A stretch of DNA of 64,000 bases, taken from positions 704,001 through 768,000 of the forward strand of contig OY759746.1 of NCBI GenBank assembly GCA_963662795.1, read 5' to 3'. Every line of letters starts with the position of its first letter. Within the stretch, counting starts at the first letter, position 1. Shown here piece after piece: positions 1 through 10,445 of the stretch. The notes below the pieces were generated by a model. The model saw nothing but the letters and a program-made list of their open reading frames with translations, ran no database searches and was not told where the DNA came from. Position numbers and translations under genes: made by a program. This stretch comes from Spirochaetia bacterium (GTDB lineage: Bacteria; Spirochaetota; Spirochaetia; CADAEX01).

Positions 1-625
1 TGGTTGCCATGCCTCTTTCCCTATTCAGGCTTTTAAGAAGAGAGAGAATCTGAGCCTGAACTGTAACATCAAGTGCTGTTGTAGGTTCATCTGCTATAAG
101 AATATTGGGGTCGCCTGCCAGCGCCATGGCAATCATGACGCGCTGGCAGAGACCGCCTGAAAGCTGATGGGGATAATCCTTTAGCCTGTCTGCAGGATTT
201 GCTATCCCTACCTGCTCAAGGAGGGAAACAGCCTTTTTACGGGCACTCTCCCCGGAAAGCCGGGAGTGCAGCTGAATTATCTCTATCAACTGCGAACCGA
301 TTTTTTTAACCGGGTTAAGAGATGTTACAGGGTCCTGGAAAATCATTGCAATCTCCTTTCCCCTTATTTTCCGTATGCCTGATTCTGAGAGATCCAGAAG
401 TTCTGTGTCTTTATAACGGATAGATCCTGTTGTTCTCGCGGTTTCGCCAAGTATTCTCAAAATCGCCATACAGCTGACACTTTTACCGCAGCCGCTTTCC
501 CCAACAAGCCCCACAACTTCTTTTTCCCTTACAGAAAAATCAACTTTCTGGACAGCATTTATAGTTCTTCCGCCAGTCAGAAAATCAACACCAAGATTAC
601 TTACAGTCAAGAGATCCCTGTTCAT
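1..625 (-). CDS. Oligopeptide/dipeptide-type ABC transporter ATP-binding subunit (DppD/OppD-like), 3' end outside window
   Basis: Manual translation from ATG at 625 (GGAG RBS): MNRDLLTVSNL...GESGCGKS (Walker A)...YPHQLSGGLCQRVMIAMAL...ILIADEPTTALDVTVQAQIL. Confidence 0.92.
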   Translation of the reverse strand, partial: MNRDLLTVSNLGVDFLTGGRTINAVQKVDFSVREKEVVGLVGESGCGKSVSCMAILRILGETARTTGSIRYKDTELLDLSESGIRKIRGKEIAMIFQDPVTSLNPVKKIGSQLIEIIQLHSRLSGESARKKAVSLLEQVGIANPADRLKDYPHQLSGGLCQRVMIAMALAGDPNILIADEPTTALDVTVQAQILSLLKSLNRERGMAT

Positions 626-648
626 CTGTACTCCCTTAAAAAGGTCAT

Positions 649-2229
649 TTACTGTTTAAAATTTTCAGGCCCGAAATACATATAAACCTGTTTGTAAGCA
701 GTCCAGTCAATGCTCTTCTGCTTAGCTGATATGGATAAATTCATATAGAAATATAATCCGGGAGGATCTTCATCATAGATCTCAAGCATTCTTGCAAAAG
801 CTTTATATCTTTCCTTCTGGTTAACACTTGTATCAAGAACTTTTCCAAGTTCCATAAATTCATCTACAAGAGGACCTCTCCATCCGTGGACTTTATAGGG
901 ATCATAACTTTGATTATAGGTTCTCCACAGGCATCCGGCAGGATCACCAAATGTATCTGTATTGGATGTATTTCTCATACCAAAATATCTTAGGCCTTCT
1001 GATTCTTCCGCATTGACCTGAGCCCAGTTTTCCTTGATCTCTATCTGAACATTTATCCCTGCGGCTTTCCACATCTCTACCATGGTCTGAGCAACATTAA
1101 CCTCGTTAGGATAATAATCGTTCAAAATATAGTAGGGGATAACCTCTCCCTTATAAACTGATTTCTTTACAAGCTTCTTGGCTTCTGCAAGATCATATTT
1201 CGGATAAGGATGGTCTTTTACATACATGTCAGCATAACCGGGATCATTAATTCCGTTGGGTATTGTTGTTCTGCCTGCAAAAAGATTTTTAACTATAAGC
1301 TCCCTGTCTAAAGCCAGAGACATTGCCTTTCTTAAGTTAACATCCATATAAGGTTTTTTGATATTGAACATCGTAGCAAGAAAACTGGCAATTGGGCCGC
1401 CTTCGATAGAAAGGTTTTTTTCCTGTTCAATCGTCGGTATCAGGTCAATAGAAACATTACTGATTACCTGATAGTCCCCTGCCATCAATCCTGCAATTCT
1501 TGCTGATTCTTCAGGAACTGATCTGAATATCAGGGTATCAACATAAGGTTTACCGCCCCAGTATTCGTTATGAGCTTTAAGAACAAGCTGGTCCCCTGAC
1601 GCAAATCTTTCAATTTTGAAAGGGCCTGTCCCTACAGGTTTATTTGACCATTCTTCAAAACTTTTAGCTTCCTGGAAAGCTCTTTTGTTTATTATCTGAA
1701 ACTGCGGAAGGCTTAACCTGTTTACAGCAAGAGGGTCAGTGTCTTTTGAAATAATCCTTATAGTGTAGGGATCAATAATTTCAACCCTGTCAAAAAGTGC
1801 CCAGTAGCCCCGCGCCCTTTTATGGCCGACTATAGGATTTTCTCCGAAAAACCTTTCATCACTGAATGTCCATGCCACATCTTCGGCAGTAAACTCATCC
1901 CCGTTATGAAACTTAACTCCCTTTCTTAGCTTTAACTCTAAAGTTCTGTCATCAATCCGCTTCCATGATTCAGCAAGGGACGGCATAAACCCCTTGGTTC
2001 CCTTGAAGTCAAACTCAATAAGGTTGTTAAAAATATTGTACTGAACCCTGTATCTTGCCTGGGTAGTTGATGCTCCTGCTGTTAAAGGTTCCGGAAGGGC
2101 GGGAACCGCAACATTTAGGGTGGTAATCTTTGATGTTTCCGGCTTTGCCTCTTTTTTACCACCTGCAAACATTACTGGTGTTAGAAATAAAAGTAATGCA
2201 CATAAAAAAAGCAGTGTAGTCTTTTTCAT
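649..2229 (-). CDS. ABC transporter substrate-binding protein, family 5 (peptide/nickel type)
   Basis: Signal peptide, PSLAESW and LRKGVKFHNGDEFTAEDV motifs, GTGPF; upstream of DppD-like ATPase. Confidence 0.9.
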   Translation of the reverse strand: MKKTTLLFLCALLLFLTPVMFAGGKKEAKPETSKITTLNVAVPALPEPLTAGASTTQARYRVQYNIFNNLIEFDFKGTKGFMPSLAESWKRIDDRTLELKLRKGVKFHNGDEFTAEDVAWTFSDERFFGENPIVGHKRARGYWALFDRVEIIDPYTIRIISKDTDPLAVNRLSLPQFQIINKRAFQEAKSFEEWSNKPVGTGPFKIERFASGDQLVLKAHNEYWGGKPYVDTLIFRSVPEESARIAGLMAGDYQVISNVSIDLIPTIEQEKNLSIEGGPIASFLATMFNIKKPYMDVNLRKAMSLALDRELIVKNLFAGRTTIPNGINDPGYADMYVKDHPYPKYDLAEAKKLVKKSVYKGEVIPYYILNDYYPNEVNVAQTMVEMWKAAGINVQIEIKENWAQVNAEESEGLRYFGMRNTSNTDTFGDPAGCLWRTYNQSYDPYKVHGWRGPLVDEFMELGKVLDTSVNQKERYKAFARMLEIYDEDPPGLYFYMNLSISAKQKSIDWTAYKQVYMYFGPENFKQ

Positions 2230-2387
2230 AATCGTTCCTCCAATATTAAATTAATACTTCTAATTTTATAACAGTAAATTTGAATCCGATATTAGGAATA
2301 TATTCATTTTGAGAGTGGAAATAGGTATTTTCCCTATATGTATTTTTGAGGAAAAACTATTGTCACAGGAAGCGGCTAAATGATTTA

Positions 2388-3353
2388 TTATGATTTAATG
2401 TTCAGTGAAATTGTTTTTTCAATATAGGATATCATGTTTTTCTTGTCAGCCAGGCTGCTTACTACATAATTATCAAGATAATCATCCTTCTCAAATGCGA
2501 AGTGCTCAAACAGTTTTGTCGAATCGGTTGCAATACCCAGTAACCTGTCGCGTTCATTAATTCCGGTTACAGGTTTTGAATAGATATGGCCGCCGTAGCC
2601 GTAGATAATCAGATTATTTTTATCAAAAGAGGCTTCAGCCTCCTTGCAGTATTTCAATGTAAACCGCAGCCTCGGGCATTGCTCAATCAGATAAAAATTA
2701 TAATTGGGATGTCCGATGAAATTAATAAGCTCATTCAAATGTTTTATTACATAAGTTCTTTCAGGTTCATCTCTTTTTATTCTTGCCGCATACTCCTCAA
2801 AACAGTGCTTACAGACTATGTATGTTACCTTGTATTTCTCCAAAAGCAGGACAAGAAGTTTCCGCCTTTCCACGGCAAGAAGTCTTTTAAGCTCGCTGTG
2901 GACAGGGTTTAATTTGTCTCTTGCTCTGAGCTTGTCCCTGAAGGAAATATATTCCGGCGGTTCAAGGGTTGATGACGGTTTTTTATTGATAAGGTATTTA
3001 TCGCCCGGAATGCTGTCAAGAGTATAGAGAAGCAGCCCGTAATTGATATTTTCATAAAACGGCTGAAATCCTGTTATTTTTCTCGAGCGTGCTATATTAA
3101 AAAATATTTCAAAATCATCTTCATAAATTTCCTGAAAACGGTAATCTTTTAAAACCAGGTTTATCTCTTCAAGTGAATAATTTAAACCCGCACCGATAGC
3201 GATTATCTTTTCCCTTCCAGGAGACATTATTTTCTCATTACGCAGATAGTTGATATAGGTATTTGATACGCCTGTAACTTTTGACAATTCATTCTGGGTA
3301 ATCCCTCTCTTCAATAACTGTTCTTTTCCGATTATCTCTTTTATGGTTGTCAA
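2388..3353 (-). CDS. Helix-turn-helix (XRE-like) transcriptional regulator with unrecognised C-terminal domain
   Basis: N-terminal KRGITQNELSKVTGVSNTYINYLRN resembles XRE HTH; TTG start with GGAG RBS. Confidence 0.7.
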   Translation of the reverse strand: MTTIKEIIGKEQLLKRGITQNELSKVTGVSNTYINYLRNEKIMSPGREKIIAIGAGLNYSLEEINLVLKDYRFQEIYEDDFEIFFNIARSRKITGFQPFYENINYGLLLYTLDSIPGDKYLINKKPSSTLEPPEYISFRDKLRARDKLNPVHSELKRLLAVERRKLLVLLLEKYKVTYIVCKHCFEEYAARIKRDEPERTYVIKHLNELINFIGHPNYNFYLIEQCPRLRFTLKYCKEAEASFDKNNLIIYGYGGHIYSKPVTGINERDRLLGIATDSTKLFEHFAFEKDDYLDNYVVSSLADKKNMISYIEKTISLNIKS

Positions 3354-3367
3354 AATAATACTCCCGA

Positions 3368-3385
3368 ATTTAAGTATACTTAAAT
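3368..3385. promoter_or_regulatory. Perfect 18-bp palindrome upstream of XRE regulator (candidate operator)
   Basis: ATTTAAGTATACTTAAAT equals its own reverse complement. Confidence 0.55.
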
Positions 3386-3427
3386 ATTATATTAACTTTA
3401 CTTTTTAATAAATATCATATCACTATT

Positions 3428-3466
3428 AAATTTAAAAAAGGGCTGAAACAGCCCTTTTTTAAATTT
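3428..3466. terminator. Intrinsic terminator (bidirectional form) after dehydrogenase gene
   Basis: AAATTTAAAAAAGGGCTG-AAA-CAGCCCTTTTTTAAATTT perfect inverted repeat. Confidence 0.85.
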
Positions 3467-3485
3467 CCTATGGATTTTACAGTCT

Positions 3486-4592
3486 TTACGTCCTTACTCC
3501 GACACGGATATGCTTCCCTGTCTCAGATTCAGCAAGTGCCTCATTGATCTGGTCAAGATTGAAGACCTTGCTCACTATCTTATGAAAAGGATATTTGTCC
3601 TTGTGTTTTTCAAGAAATTCAAGCGCTGTCCCGAGATGCTTAGGCTTGTAATTATGTATTCCTTTTATTGTAATATATTTCCTTATGACCTGATTTGCGT
3701 CAATGCCCTCCAGTGTGCTTCCTGGATTGACAAGTCCGCCGAGAAGATACCGTCCTCCGATTCGGAGCGATTTAACGGCAAGGCCTACAACCTGTTTTGC
3801 TCCGCAGACCTCAATAACGACATCAATGCCGAACCCCCCGCTCATTTCCTTTAATTCCTTTATAATATCATCTTCACTGATTTTTAAAGTGTTATATGTT
3901 TTGGTCGCTCCAAACTGTCTGGCCATTTCAAGCCTTTCATCAATAATATCTGTGACTATAACAGCTTTAGCCCCTGCCTCTACCGCAAGTGCGCATGCGT
4001 TTATACCCAGCAGGCCCGCTCCCTGTATCATAACGATATCACCCTTTTCAATACCTATTGTCTCAACAGCATTTACAACTGTCGACAGTGCGCAGTTAGC
4101 CGGCGCCGCAATCTCATCACTCAATGATTCAGGGACCTTGTAAACTGTCGTTCCAGGCATTATGTAGATATATTCGCTGTACCCGCCGACAAGACCGGAG
4201 TTAAGCTCCTTATCTTCTATACTGGCATGACCGTATTTTTTAAGGTGAATGCATTTCTGGGGAAGATCTTTTTTACAGTAAAAACACTCTCCGCAGGATG
4301 CCATTATTGTCCAGGATATCCTGTCGCCGATAGTGAGTTTATTACCGAAACCGTCGAATTCAAGATTATCGTCAAGCTGTACAATCTCCCCCACAATCTC
4401 ATGTCCGAGGATCAGAGGGGTCGGTTCAACTCTCCTCCCAGTCGTTGTATGAAGATCAGAGCCGCAGATTGTGTTAAATCTAACCCTGCAGATTGCAGAT
4501 CCTTTTTCCAATTTTTCAGGAAGATTAAAATCCCTTATTTCAACAGGGCTGCCGACCTTGTAAAAAACTGCTGCTTTTGATTTTGTGCACAT
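3486..4592 (-). CDS. Zinc-dependent alcohol dehydrogenase (MDR), resembling phosphonate-catabolism-associated ADH
   Basis: ICGSDLH, GHE, CGECFYC..C structural Zn, PANCALST, GAGLLG, GIHNY motifs; PhnX-like neighbour. Confidence 0.85.
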   Translation of the reverse strand: MCTKSKAAVFYKVGSPVEIRDFNLPEKLEKGSAICRVRFNTICGSDLHTTTGRRVEPTPLILGHEIVGEIVQLDDNLEFDGFGNKLTIGDRISWTIMASCGECFYCKKDLPQKCIHLKKYGHASIEDKELNSGLVGGYSEYIYIMPGTTVYKVPESLSDEIAAPANCALSTVVNAVETIGIEKGDIVMIQGAGLLGINACALAVEAGAKAVIVTDIIDERLEMARQFGATKTYNTLKISEDDIIKELKEMSGGFGIDVVIEVCGAKQVVGLAVKSLRIGGRYLLGGLVNPGSTLEGIDANQVIRKYITIKGIHNYKPKHLGTALEFLEKHKDKYPFHKIVSKVFNLDQINEALAESETGKHIRVGVRT

Positions 4593-6634
4593 TATACAAC
4601 TCCTTTCAATTTTTTCTTGTCAATATATTTCTCAACAAACTGTATCAGAAATACAATTATAATTATAGACAATCCGATTATATCGGTTATAGTCTTTGCA
4701 TGAATCAGCAATAACGCTCCGACACCAATCAATATCCTTTCATATATATGGAGTTTTCTAAGTTGATAACCAGCTGTTGCGCTTCCGAATATATATGCAC
4801 CGATTACTGCCATAAGAAAAACTTTTAATACATCAAAACTCAGCGGCTGCTGCCCCAGAAGAAGAATGGGGTTAAAAACAAAGAAATACGGGACAATATA
4901 TGCAACCGCCGCAAGTCTCACAGCGTTGCCGGCTGTAGGCCAGAATTTTCCGCCTGATATTGCAGATGCCGTAAAGGCTGTGATTGCAACAGGAGGTGTT
5001 AGATCCGACATGATTCCAAAATGGAAACAGAAAAGATGCGCAGCCAGAGGCATTACACCTGCCTGGATCATTACAGGAACAGTAAGAATTGTCATTAGAA
5101 TATAGTTTGCAATAGTTGGAACACCCATCCCGAGAAGAAGGCACATAAACATTGTTATTATGAGAGTAAGCAGAAGATTATTTTTTGATATTGATGCTAT
5201 AAATGATGCCAGGGAAGGGGCAAGTCCGGTAAGAGTTGCTGTACCAAGAACTATTCCTGCAAGTGCAGCAGGGATTGCAATAAACATCATGGTCTGCCCT
5301 GCATCAGTAAGAAGTTCAATAAGTTTCTTTATTCCAATTCTTGTATCTTTGTTTATCCAGCTCAAACCTATTGTCAGCCAGAAACAGAAAAAACAGGCAG
5401 ACATCGGTGTTCTTCCATTAATCAGCATGGCAACAAGGAGAATGACAGGAAGAAATACATAACCGTGCTTTAACGCATACATTTTCCACGGTTTTATTTC
5501 GTCTTTAGGAACTCCTCTTGCGTTTATCTTGACTGATTCAAAATGGACCATTGAAAAAACACCAATGTAATAAAGCACAGCAGGAAGGACTGCAGCCATG
5601 GCAACCTGCAGATAACTGATTCCAAGAAACTCCGCCATAATAAACGCGGCCGCACCCATTACAGGCGGAGTAATCTGCCCGCCCATGGAAGCCGCAGCTT
5701 CAATTGCTCCTGCAAGTTCTGCAGACAGCCCTGTCCGCTTCATCAATGGGATGGTAACAATACCGGTTGTTGCAACATTTGATGAAGATGAACCGCTTAT
5801 CATTGCAAACATACTGCTCGCAACTACAGCCATTTTTGCAGGGCCTCCGACCATATGACCGAAAATACCCTTTGCAATTGTCAGTAGAACATCTGAAACT
5901 CCTGATTTATGCAGAGCAGCTCCAAGAAGAAGGAACATGGCTACATAACTGGCAGAAACTCCAAGCGGTGATGCCCATACACCGGAATCATTTAGAATCA
6001 TAAATCTTACTATATTTTTCAGACTGAACCCGGGATGCCTGAATATTCCGCCGAAGAGAAATCCGAACCTGCAGTAAAAAAGCATCACTGAACCAAGTAC
6101 AACAAGTACAAACCCGACAGCCCTTCGTGTCGCTTCAATAATCAGTATAAAGATTATTGCACCGACAAACATATCGATCTTGTACACAACACCGGCTCTT
6201 GAAAGAATAGAATCGGCATTTACGGCAATATACGCACAGGAAAGGACAGCCGCCAGTGAAAGAAGATAATCATAAACCGGTATTTTACGCTGAATATTTC
6301 CTTTCCTGTTCCGGTTTGAAGAATACCGCATAAAACAAAGCACAAGAGCAAAAGCGAGGTGAATACTGCGTTGTCTCATCCCGGTAAACAGCCCGAATCC
6401 GCCGGTATAAAGATGAAAAACAGAAAGGGTTACAGCTATTACAGCTACAATTTTCTGCGCAGCTTCACCAAGGACTCTTTTCCCTGTTAAGGATATTTCA
6501 AGTTCCTCAGCTTTTTTTGCGATAAACTCTTTTTCTTTCTCAAGCATCTCATCGGTAATAACACCGCCGTCCCCAGTTTCATCTGCCTCATGCTTCAAGT
6601 CATTGTCGATAATATTCAATTTGTTTTTTTCCAT
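4592..6634 (-). CDS. TRAP transporter fused 4TM/12TM permease (TAXI-associated)
   Basis: Many TM helices; GGPAKMAVVAS, SGSSSSNV, GGQITPPVMGAAAF, TPPVA; start placed at MEKNK (GGAG RBS). Confidence 0.9.
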   Translation of the reverse strand: MEKNKLNIIDNDLKHEADETGDGGVITDEMLEKEKEFIAKKAEELEISLTGKRVLGEAAQKIVAVIAVTLSVFHLYTGGFGLFTGMRQRSIHLAFALVLCFMRYSSNRNRKGNIQRKIPVYDYLLSLAAVLSCAYIAVNADSILSRAGVVYKIDMFVGAIIFILIIEATRRAVGFVLVVLGSVMLFYCRFGFLFGGIFRHPGFSLKNIVRFMILNDSGVWASPLGVSASYVAMFLLLGAALHKSGVSDVLLTIAKGIFGHMVGGPAKMAVVASSMFAMISGSSSSNVATTGIVTIPLMKRTGLSAELAGAIEAAASMGGQITPPVMGAAAFIMAEFLGISYLQVAMAAVLPAVLYYIGVFSMVHFESVKINARGVPKDEIKPWKMYALKHGYVFLPVILLVAMLINGRTPMSACFFCFWLTIGLSWINKDTRIGIKKLIELLTDAGQTMMFIAIPAALAGIVLGTATLTGLAPSLASFIASISKNNLLLTLIITMFMCLLLGMGVPTIANYILMTILTVPVMIQAGVMPLAAHLFCFHFGIMSDLTPPVAITAFTASAISGGKFWPTAGNAVRLAAVAYIVPYFFVFNPILLLGQQPLSFDVLKVFLMAVIGAYIFGSATAGYQLRKLHIYERILIGVGALLLIHAKTITDIIGLSIIIIVFLIQFVEKYIDKKKLKGVV

Positions 6635-6710
6635 AATCCAATCACACTCCAAATATTTTGAGCCGGGGCTGATCAGAATCAATAACTGATACCTGAAAAA
6701 CCTTAATAAA

Positions 6711-6780
6711 AAAGGTGCAGTATAATAAAGAAGCTCTATTCGATTAACAATACCTCACGTCAATTTACTGCACCTCTTTT
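6711..6780. other. Intergenic inverted repeat after TAXI gene (hairpin, mRNA stabiliser or partial terminator)
   Basis: AGGTGCAGTA ... TACTGCACCT arms with long loop. Confidence 0.5.
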
Positions 6781-6802
6781 CATATTTAAGCGGCAATTAA
6801 TT

Positions 6803-7798
6803 TTATTTAATTATTCCGACTTCCTTGTAGAATTTTTCTGCACCAGGATGAAATGGAATCGGACCTTTTGCAATAAGAGCTGTGTCAAGTTTAACCATCT
6901 GTGCAGATTTATGTATGCTCTGTATTTCAGCTACCCTGCCGTACATGGCTTTAAGGTAAGAGTAAACAAAATCAGCGGGAACTGAAGCATCGCAGAGCGC
7001 CGCACCGTAATCACCAACAGTTTCAACCGCTTCTGTCTGGCCGTTATATGTGTTTGCAGGGATTGTAATAGGAACAGGCCATACCTGTTTTTTAATCAGT
7101 GCATCTCTTTCCTTACCTTCAATAGGAAGAAGTCTGCACGGGTTTTGGGACACCGCTGACATAATTGAACTTGAGGGCACTGATGTCTGATATCCAAGTA
7201 ATTCAAGCTGTCTGTCCTTGAACGCCATTTCCCTTTCTGTATGCTGCATCGGCTTCCATTGCAGATCTTTTGGTGTAAGACCGTATATTTCAAATATCTC
7301 AATATATCCAAGTTCATTTCCTGAACCTGCGCTTCCAGGGCTTACACCTTTGCCTTTCATGTCATAAAATGTTTTCACAGGACTGTCTTTGTGGACTACA
7401 GGCTGAAAAACTCCCGGCCAGAGTGAGTACATGTACCTTAGATTTTTGTTAGCCCCTTCTTTTTCAAAAATTTTCTTGCCGTTATAGGAAGCATGAGCCA
7501 CATTTGATTCTGCCCATCCGAATGTGAATTCTCCCGCCTTCAGGAGCCTGAGGTTTTCAATACCGCCGCCGGAAGCCTGTACAATTAGTTTGTATTTTGT
7601 TTCCTCTTCTACAATTGTACCGATTTTTACAGCTACAGGATACCAGCTTCCGCCAACACCTGATGTGCCGAATACAAACTGGGTAGCAGTACTTTCGGCA
7701 ACAGCGCCTCCTGTACCTGACTCTGCCTTGCCTCCAGCAAAAATAAATGCAGCAGAAAGCATAAGGACAAGAATAACTAAAACAGTTTTTTTAAACAT
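6803..7798 (-). CDS. TAXI-family TRAP solute receptor
   Basis: GTSGVGGSWYP, SGGGIENL, GSAGSG, PFHPGAEKFYKE. Confidence 0.92.
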   Translation of the reverse strand: MFKKTVLVILVLMLSAAFIFAGGKAESGTGGAVAESTATQFVFGTSGVGGSWYPVAVKIGTIVEEETKYKLIVQASGGGIENLRLLKAGEFTFGWAESNVAHASYNGKKIFEKEGANKNLRYMYSLWPGVFQPVVHKDSPVKTFYDMKGKGVSPGSAGSGNELGYIEIFEIYGLTPKDLQWKPMQHTEREMAFKDRQLELLGYQTSVPSSSIMSAVSQNPCRLLPIEGKERDALIKKQVWPVPITIPANTYNGQTEAVETVGDYGAALCDASVPADFVYSYLKAMYGRVAEIQSIHKSAQMVKLDTALIAKGPIPFHPGAEKFYKEVGIIK

Positions 7799-7827
7799 CT
7801 CATTCTCCTTTAAAAAAATATTTTATC

Positions 7828-7849
7828 TTAATTAAACTTAAGTTTAATT
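7828..7849. promoter_or_regulatory. Palindromic candidate operator upstream of TAXI gene
   Basis: AATTAAACTTAAGTTTAATT perfect palindrome (7830-7849); contains TTAATTAAACTTAA also found at 8736. Confidence 0.55.
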
Positions 7850-7857
7850 TTTAACTA

Positions 7858-7906
7858 TTATACTGTATTCCGGATATGAAACTTACATATCCGGAATACA
7901 GTATAA
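7858..7906. terminator. Perfect 21-bp inverted repeat downstream of HAD gene
   Basis: TTATACTGTATTCCGGATATG-7nt-CATATCCGGAATACAGTATAA. Confidence 0.65.
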
Positions 7907-7924
7907 ACTCTTAATCAGAAATAC

Positions 7925-8668
7925 TCAGACTATATAACCGCCTTCAATAAGCGCAGGCAGGTCTTTTACGCTTTCAATAACATGGGTATGCCAGTACTTT
8001 CCCCACGCCGTAACAGGCCTTGGACCGCTTAAAACACCGATTACAGCCCTGCATCCCGCATTGTAACCTTCCAGCATGTCAGCGGGCGTATCACCAATCT
8101 TAAGAACTTCACGTACATTCTGGATATTAAAATGATTCATTGCGTGAAAAATCATGAATGGTGCCGGCCTTCCCTTCCCTTCGGATACCATATCAAGGTC
8201 AACGGAAAGATCTACAAGTCCGTCCCTTACCCATCCAAGTCCATCCATAATCGCGGTTGTAACATCATTATGAAAGCCTGTATCAGTCGCGACCTTAATC
8301 CCGTTTTTATGGCACCACCTGAAAACATCAGACGCACCTTCAACCTCACGGCATTCTTTTTTATAGTGGGCAATCATTATCTCGACATATCTGTCATATA
8401 TACTTTTGGCTTCCTCATAGGTTGCCGGATCAAGACTTTTCTCAAAATCCCTGAAATCTATATTATTTCCCCGTGATCTTGAAATAAGGAACTGGTAAAG
8501 ATGTATCTTGTTTGTTCCCATATGCAGCAGTATTTCATCAGGGGTTACATTAAGTTTATATTCCTGTGCTGCTGTATAGAGACAGTCCCTGACTCCCGTA
8601 TCGTCATATACAGTTGTCCCTGACAGATCAAACATGATCATTTTAATTTCGCTTGTAGTTTGTGCCAT
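7925..8668 (-). CDS. HAD hydrolase, phosphonatase (PhnX)-like
   Basis: FDLSGTT motif I, MGTNK (position of PhnX Schiff-base Lys), TGF, GRPAPFMI, KIGDTPADMLEG. Confidence 0.85.
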   Translation of the reverse strand: MAQTTSEIKMIMFDLSGTTVYDDTGVRDCLYTAAQEYKLNVTPDEILLHMGTNKIHLYQFLISRSRGNNIDFRDFEKSLDPATYEEAKSIYDRYVEIMIAHYKKECREVEGASDVFRWCHKNGIKVATDTGFHNDVTTAIMDGLGWVRDGLVDLSVDLDMVSEGKGRPAPFMIFHAMNHFNIQNVREVLKIGDTPADMLEGYNAGCRAVIGVLSGPRPVTAWGKYWHTHVIESVKDLPALIEGGYIV

Positions 8669-8797
8669 TTAAAAACCTCCGGATATTATTAATCATCATT
8701 ATAAACACAGCTTTTTTGCAATGTCAATATATATTTTAATTAAACTTAAATATTATATTAAAGCATAGCTGTCTAAACCAACTCATTCCTTCTGGAG

Positions 8798-10438
8798 TTA
8801 TTTTTCATAAACAATCCTGCCCCCAAGGATTGTTTTCTCTACCTGAATATCTCTAATTTTTTCAACCTCAGCTTCAACCGGGTCTCCTGATAAAACCGCA
8901 AGATCTGCCAGCATCCCCGGCTTTATCGCACCCCGCTGCTGTTCTAAAAACAGCGCCCGTGCATTTGAAGCGGTCCAGGCCCTGATAGCCTCTTCAGGGT
9001 TAATTCTCTGTATTTTACCATATACTATTCCGTAAGAACTTTTACGGGTTACCATAGACTGTATCCGCAGCATCGGGTCCGCAGCACAAACAGGCCAGTC
9101 CGAGTGCGCTCCAGGCTGAAGTCCGATATCAATGGCGGACCTGTATGCATGCATCATTGCAATTCTCTCTTCTCCGTAGTCCTCATATTTGTCACCATGT
9201 TCCCACGTATACTCGTGAAAAACAGGAATCACCTCAAGTTCTTTCATTCTATTTAAAATCCTTAAATCCTTTCCCACAATACTTGCATGCTCAATACGGT
9301 GTCTGTGGTCAGACCTTGGATGCCTCCCTAGTGCTTCCTCATAAGCATCGAGAAGCGCGTCAATATCCCGGTCACCGTTTGAATGTACTGCCCATTGAAA
9401 ACCCGCATTGTGCCCCTCCATAATGACGCCATTCAATTTTTTTGAAGATACTAAAGGATGCGGCATCCCGTAATAAGGAGGATTATCTCTCTTATGTGAT
9501 CCCTCGTAAGGTTATAGCCAGCAGGTTTTTCCCGCGAGTGAATTTCCCGCAAATAACTTAAGGGGCCCCACAGTAAGCATCTCGCCGCCGAATCCTCTCT
9601 TAATATTAAGAACTTTCAAAGAATTAATAATTGCTGATCCAGCCTCTTCTGTAATCCGGAATGACATGACAACACGGACAGGCAGCCGGTTCTCATTAAG
9701 CATACTCTGATAAACGCCGAACCGCCCTGGGATGCCTGAAGCATCCATGACAGTCGCAATCCCCTTTTTAAGAAAATTATTAAAGCAAAGCTCAAGCCCC
9801 TCTTTTTCTTCCTCTTCAGTTGCCTCCGGCAGGGGGATACCAGTTGTATTAAAAAGGCTATGCATGGCACTTTCAAGGCATATTCCGTTCGGGTTTCCAT
9901 CCGCGCCCCTGCAGAAACAGCCTCCATCCGGATCAGGCGTATTTTTCCCGATTGATGCTTTCCTCAGCGCCAGTGAATTAAATACCGCGGCGTGCCCGCT
10001 TGAATGGATTATCCTGACAGGGTGCTTCGACGATATTCGGTCCAGGTCCTTAGCGGCAGGATATCTTTCCAATTTTGAATCCTGGTATCCCCGTCCAGTC
10101 ACCCATTCTCCGGCAGGAACAAACTCAGCTCTTTCTGCAAGCAGCGCGATTAATTCATCGATTGACTTTATATCAAACAAATCCACAACATGCATTTTAT
10201 GATGCAAGTCGGGATAGATTGCTGCTGGATGCAGATGAGCATCAATAAACCCCGGGGTCACTGTCTTTTCATGAAGATCAAGAATAACTGTCTGCGGGCA
10301 TGCAGTGCCAAGTATACTGCTGTTCGTACCTACCTCATCTATTCTGCTTCCGCAGACAGACAATGCCTCAGCACGCGGATATAACGGGTCGCATGTAATA
10401 ATATTTGCGTTTATGATAATAAGATGATTTGGATTCAT
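8798..10438 (-). pseudogene. Amidohydrolase 3 (YtcJ-like) interrupted by one in-frame TAA at 9512-9514
   Basis: ORFs 9512-10438 (PGFIDAHLH) and 8798-9466 (HSNGD, RIEHAS, SDWP, G.LADL) are in the same frame, joined by an open linker ...KTCWL*PYEGSHKRDNPPYYGMPH... Confidence 0.85.
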
Positions 10439-10445
10439 TACATTA

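Noticed and set aside
9512-9514. Stop-codon recoding (Sec/Pyl) in the amidohydrolase
   Set aside because: The codon is TAA, not TGA or TAG, and TAA ends many normal genes here.
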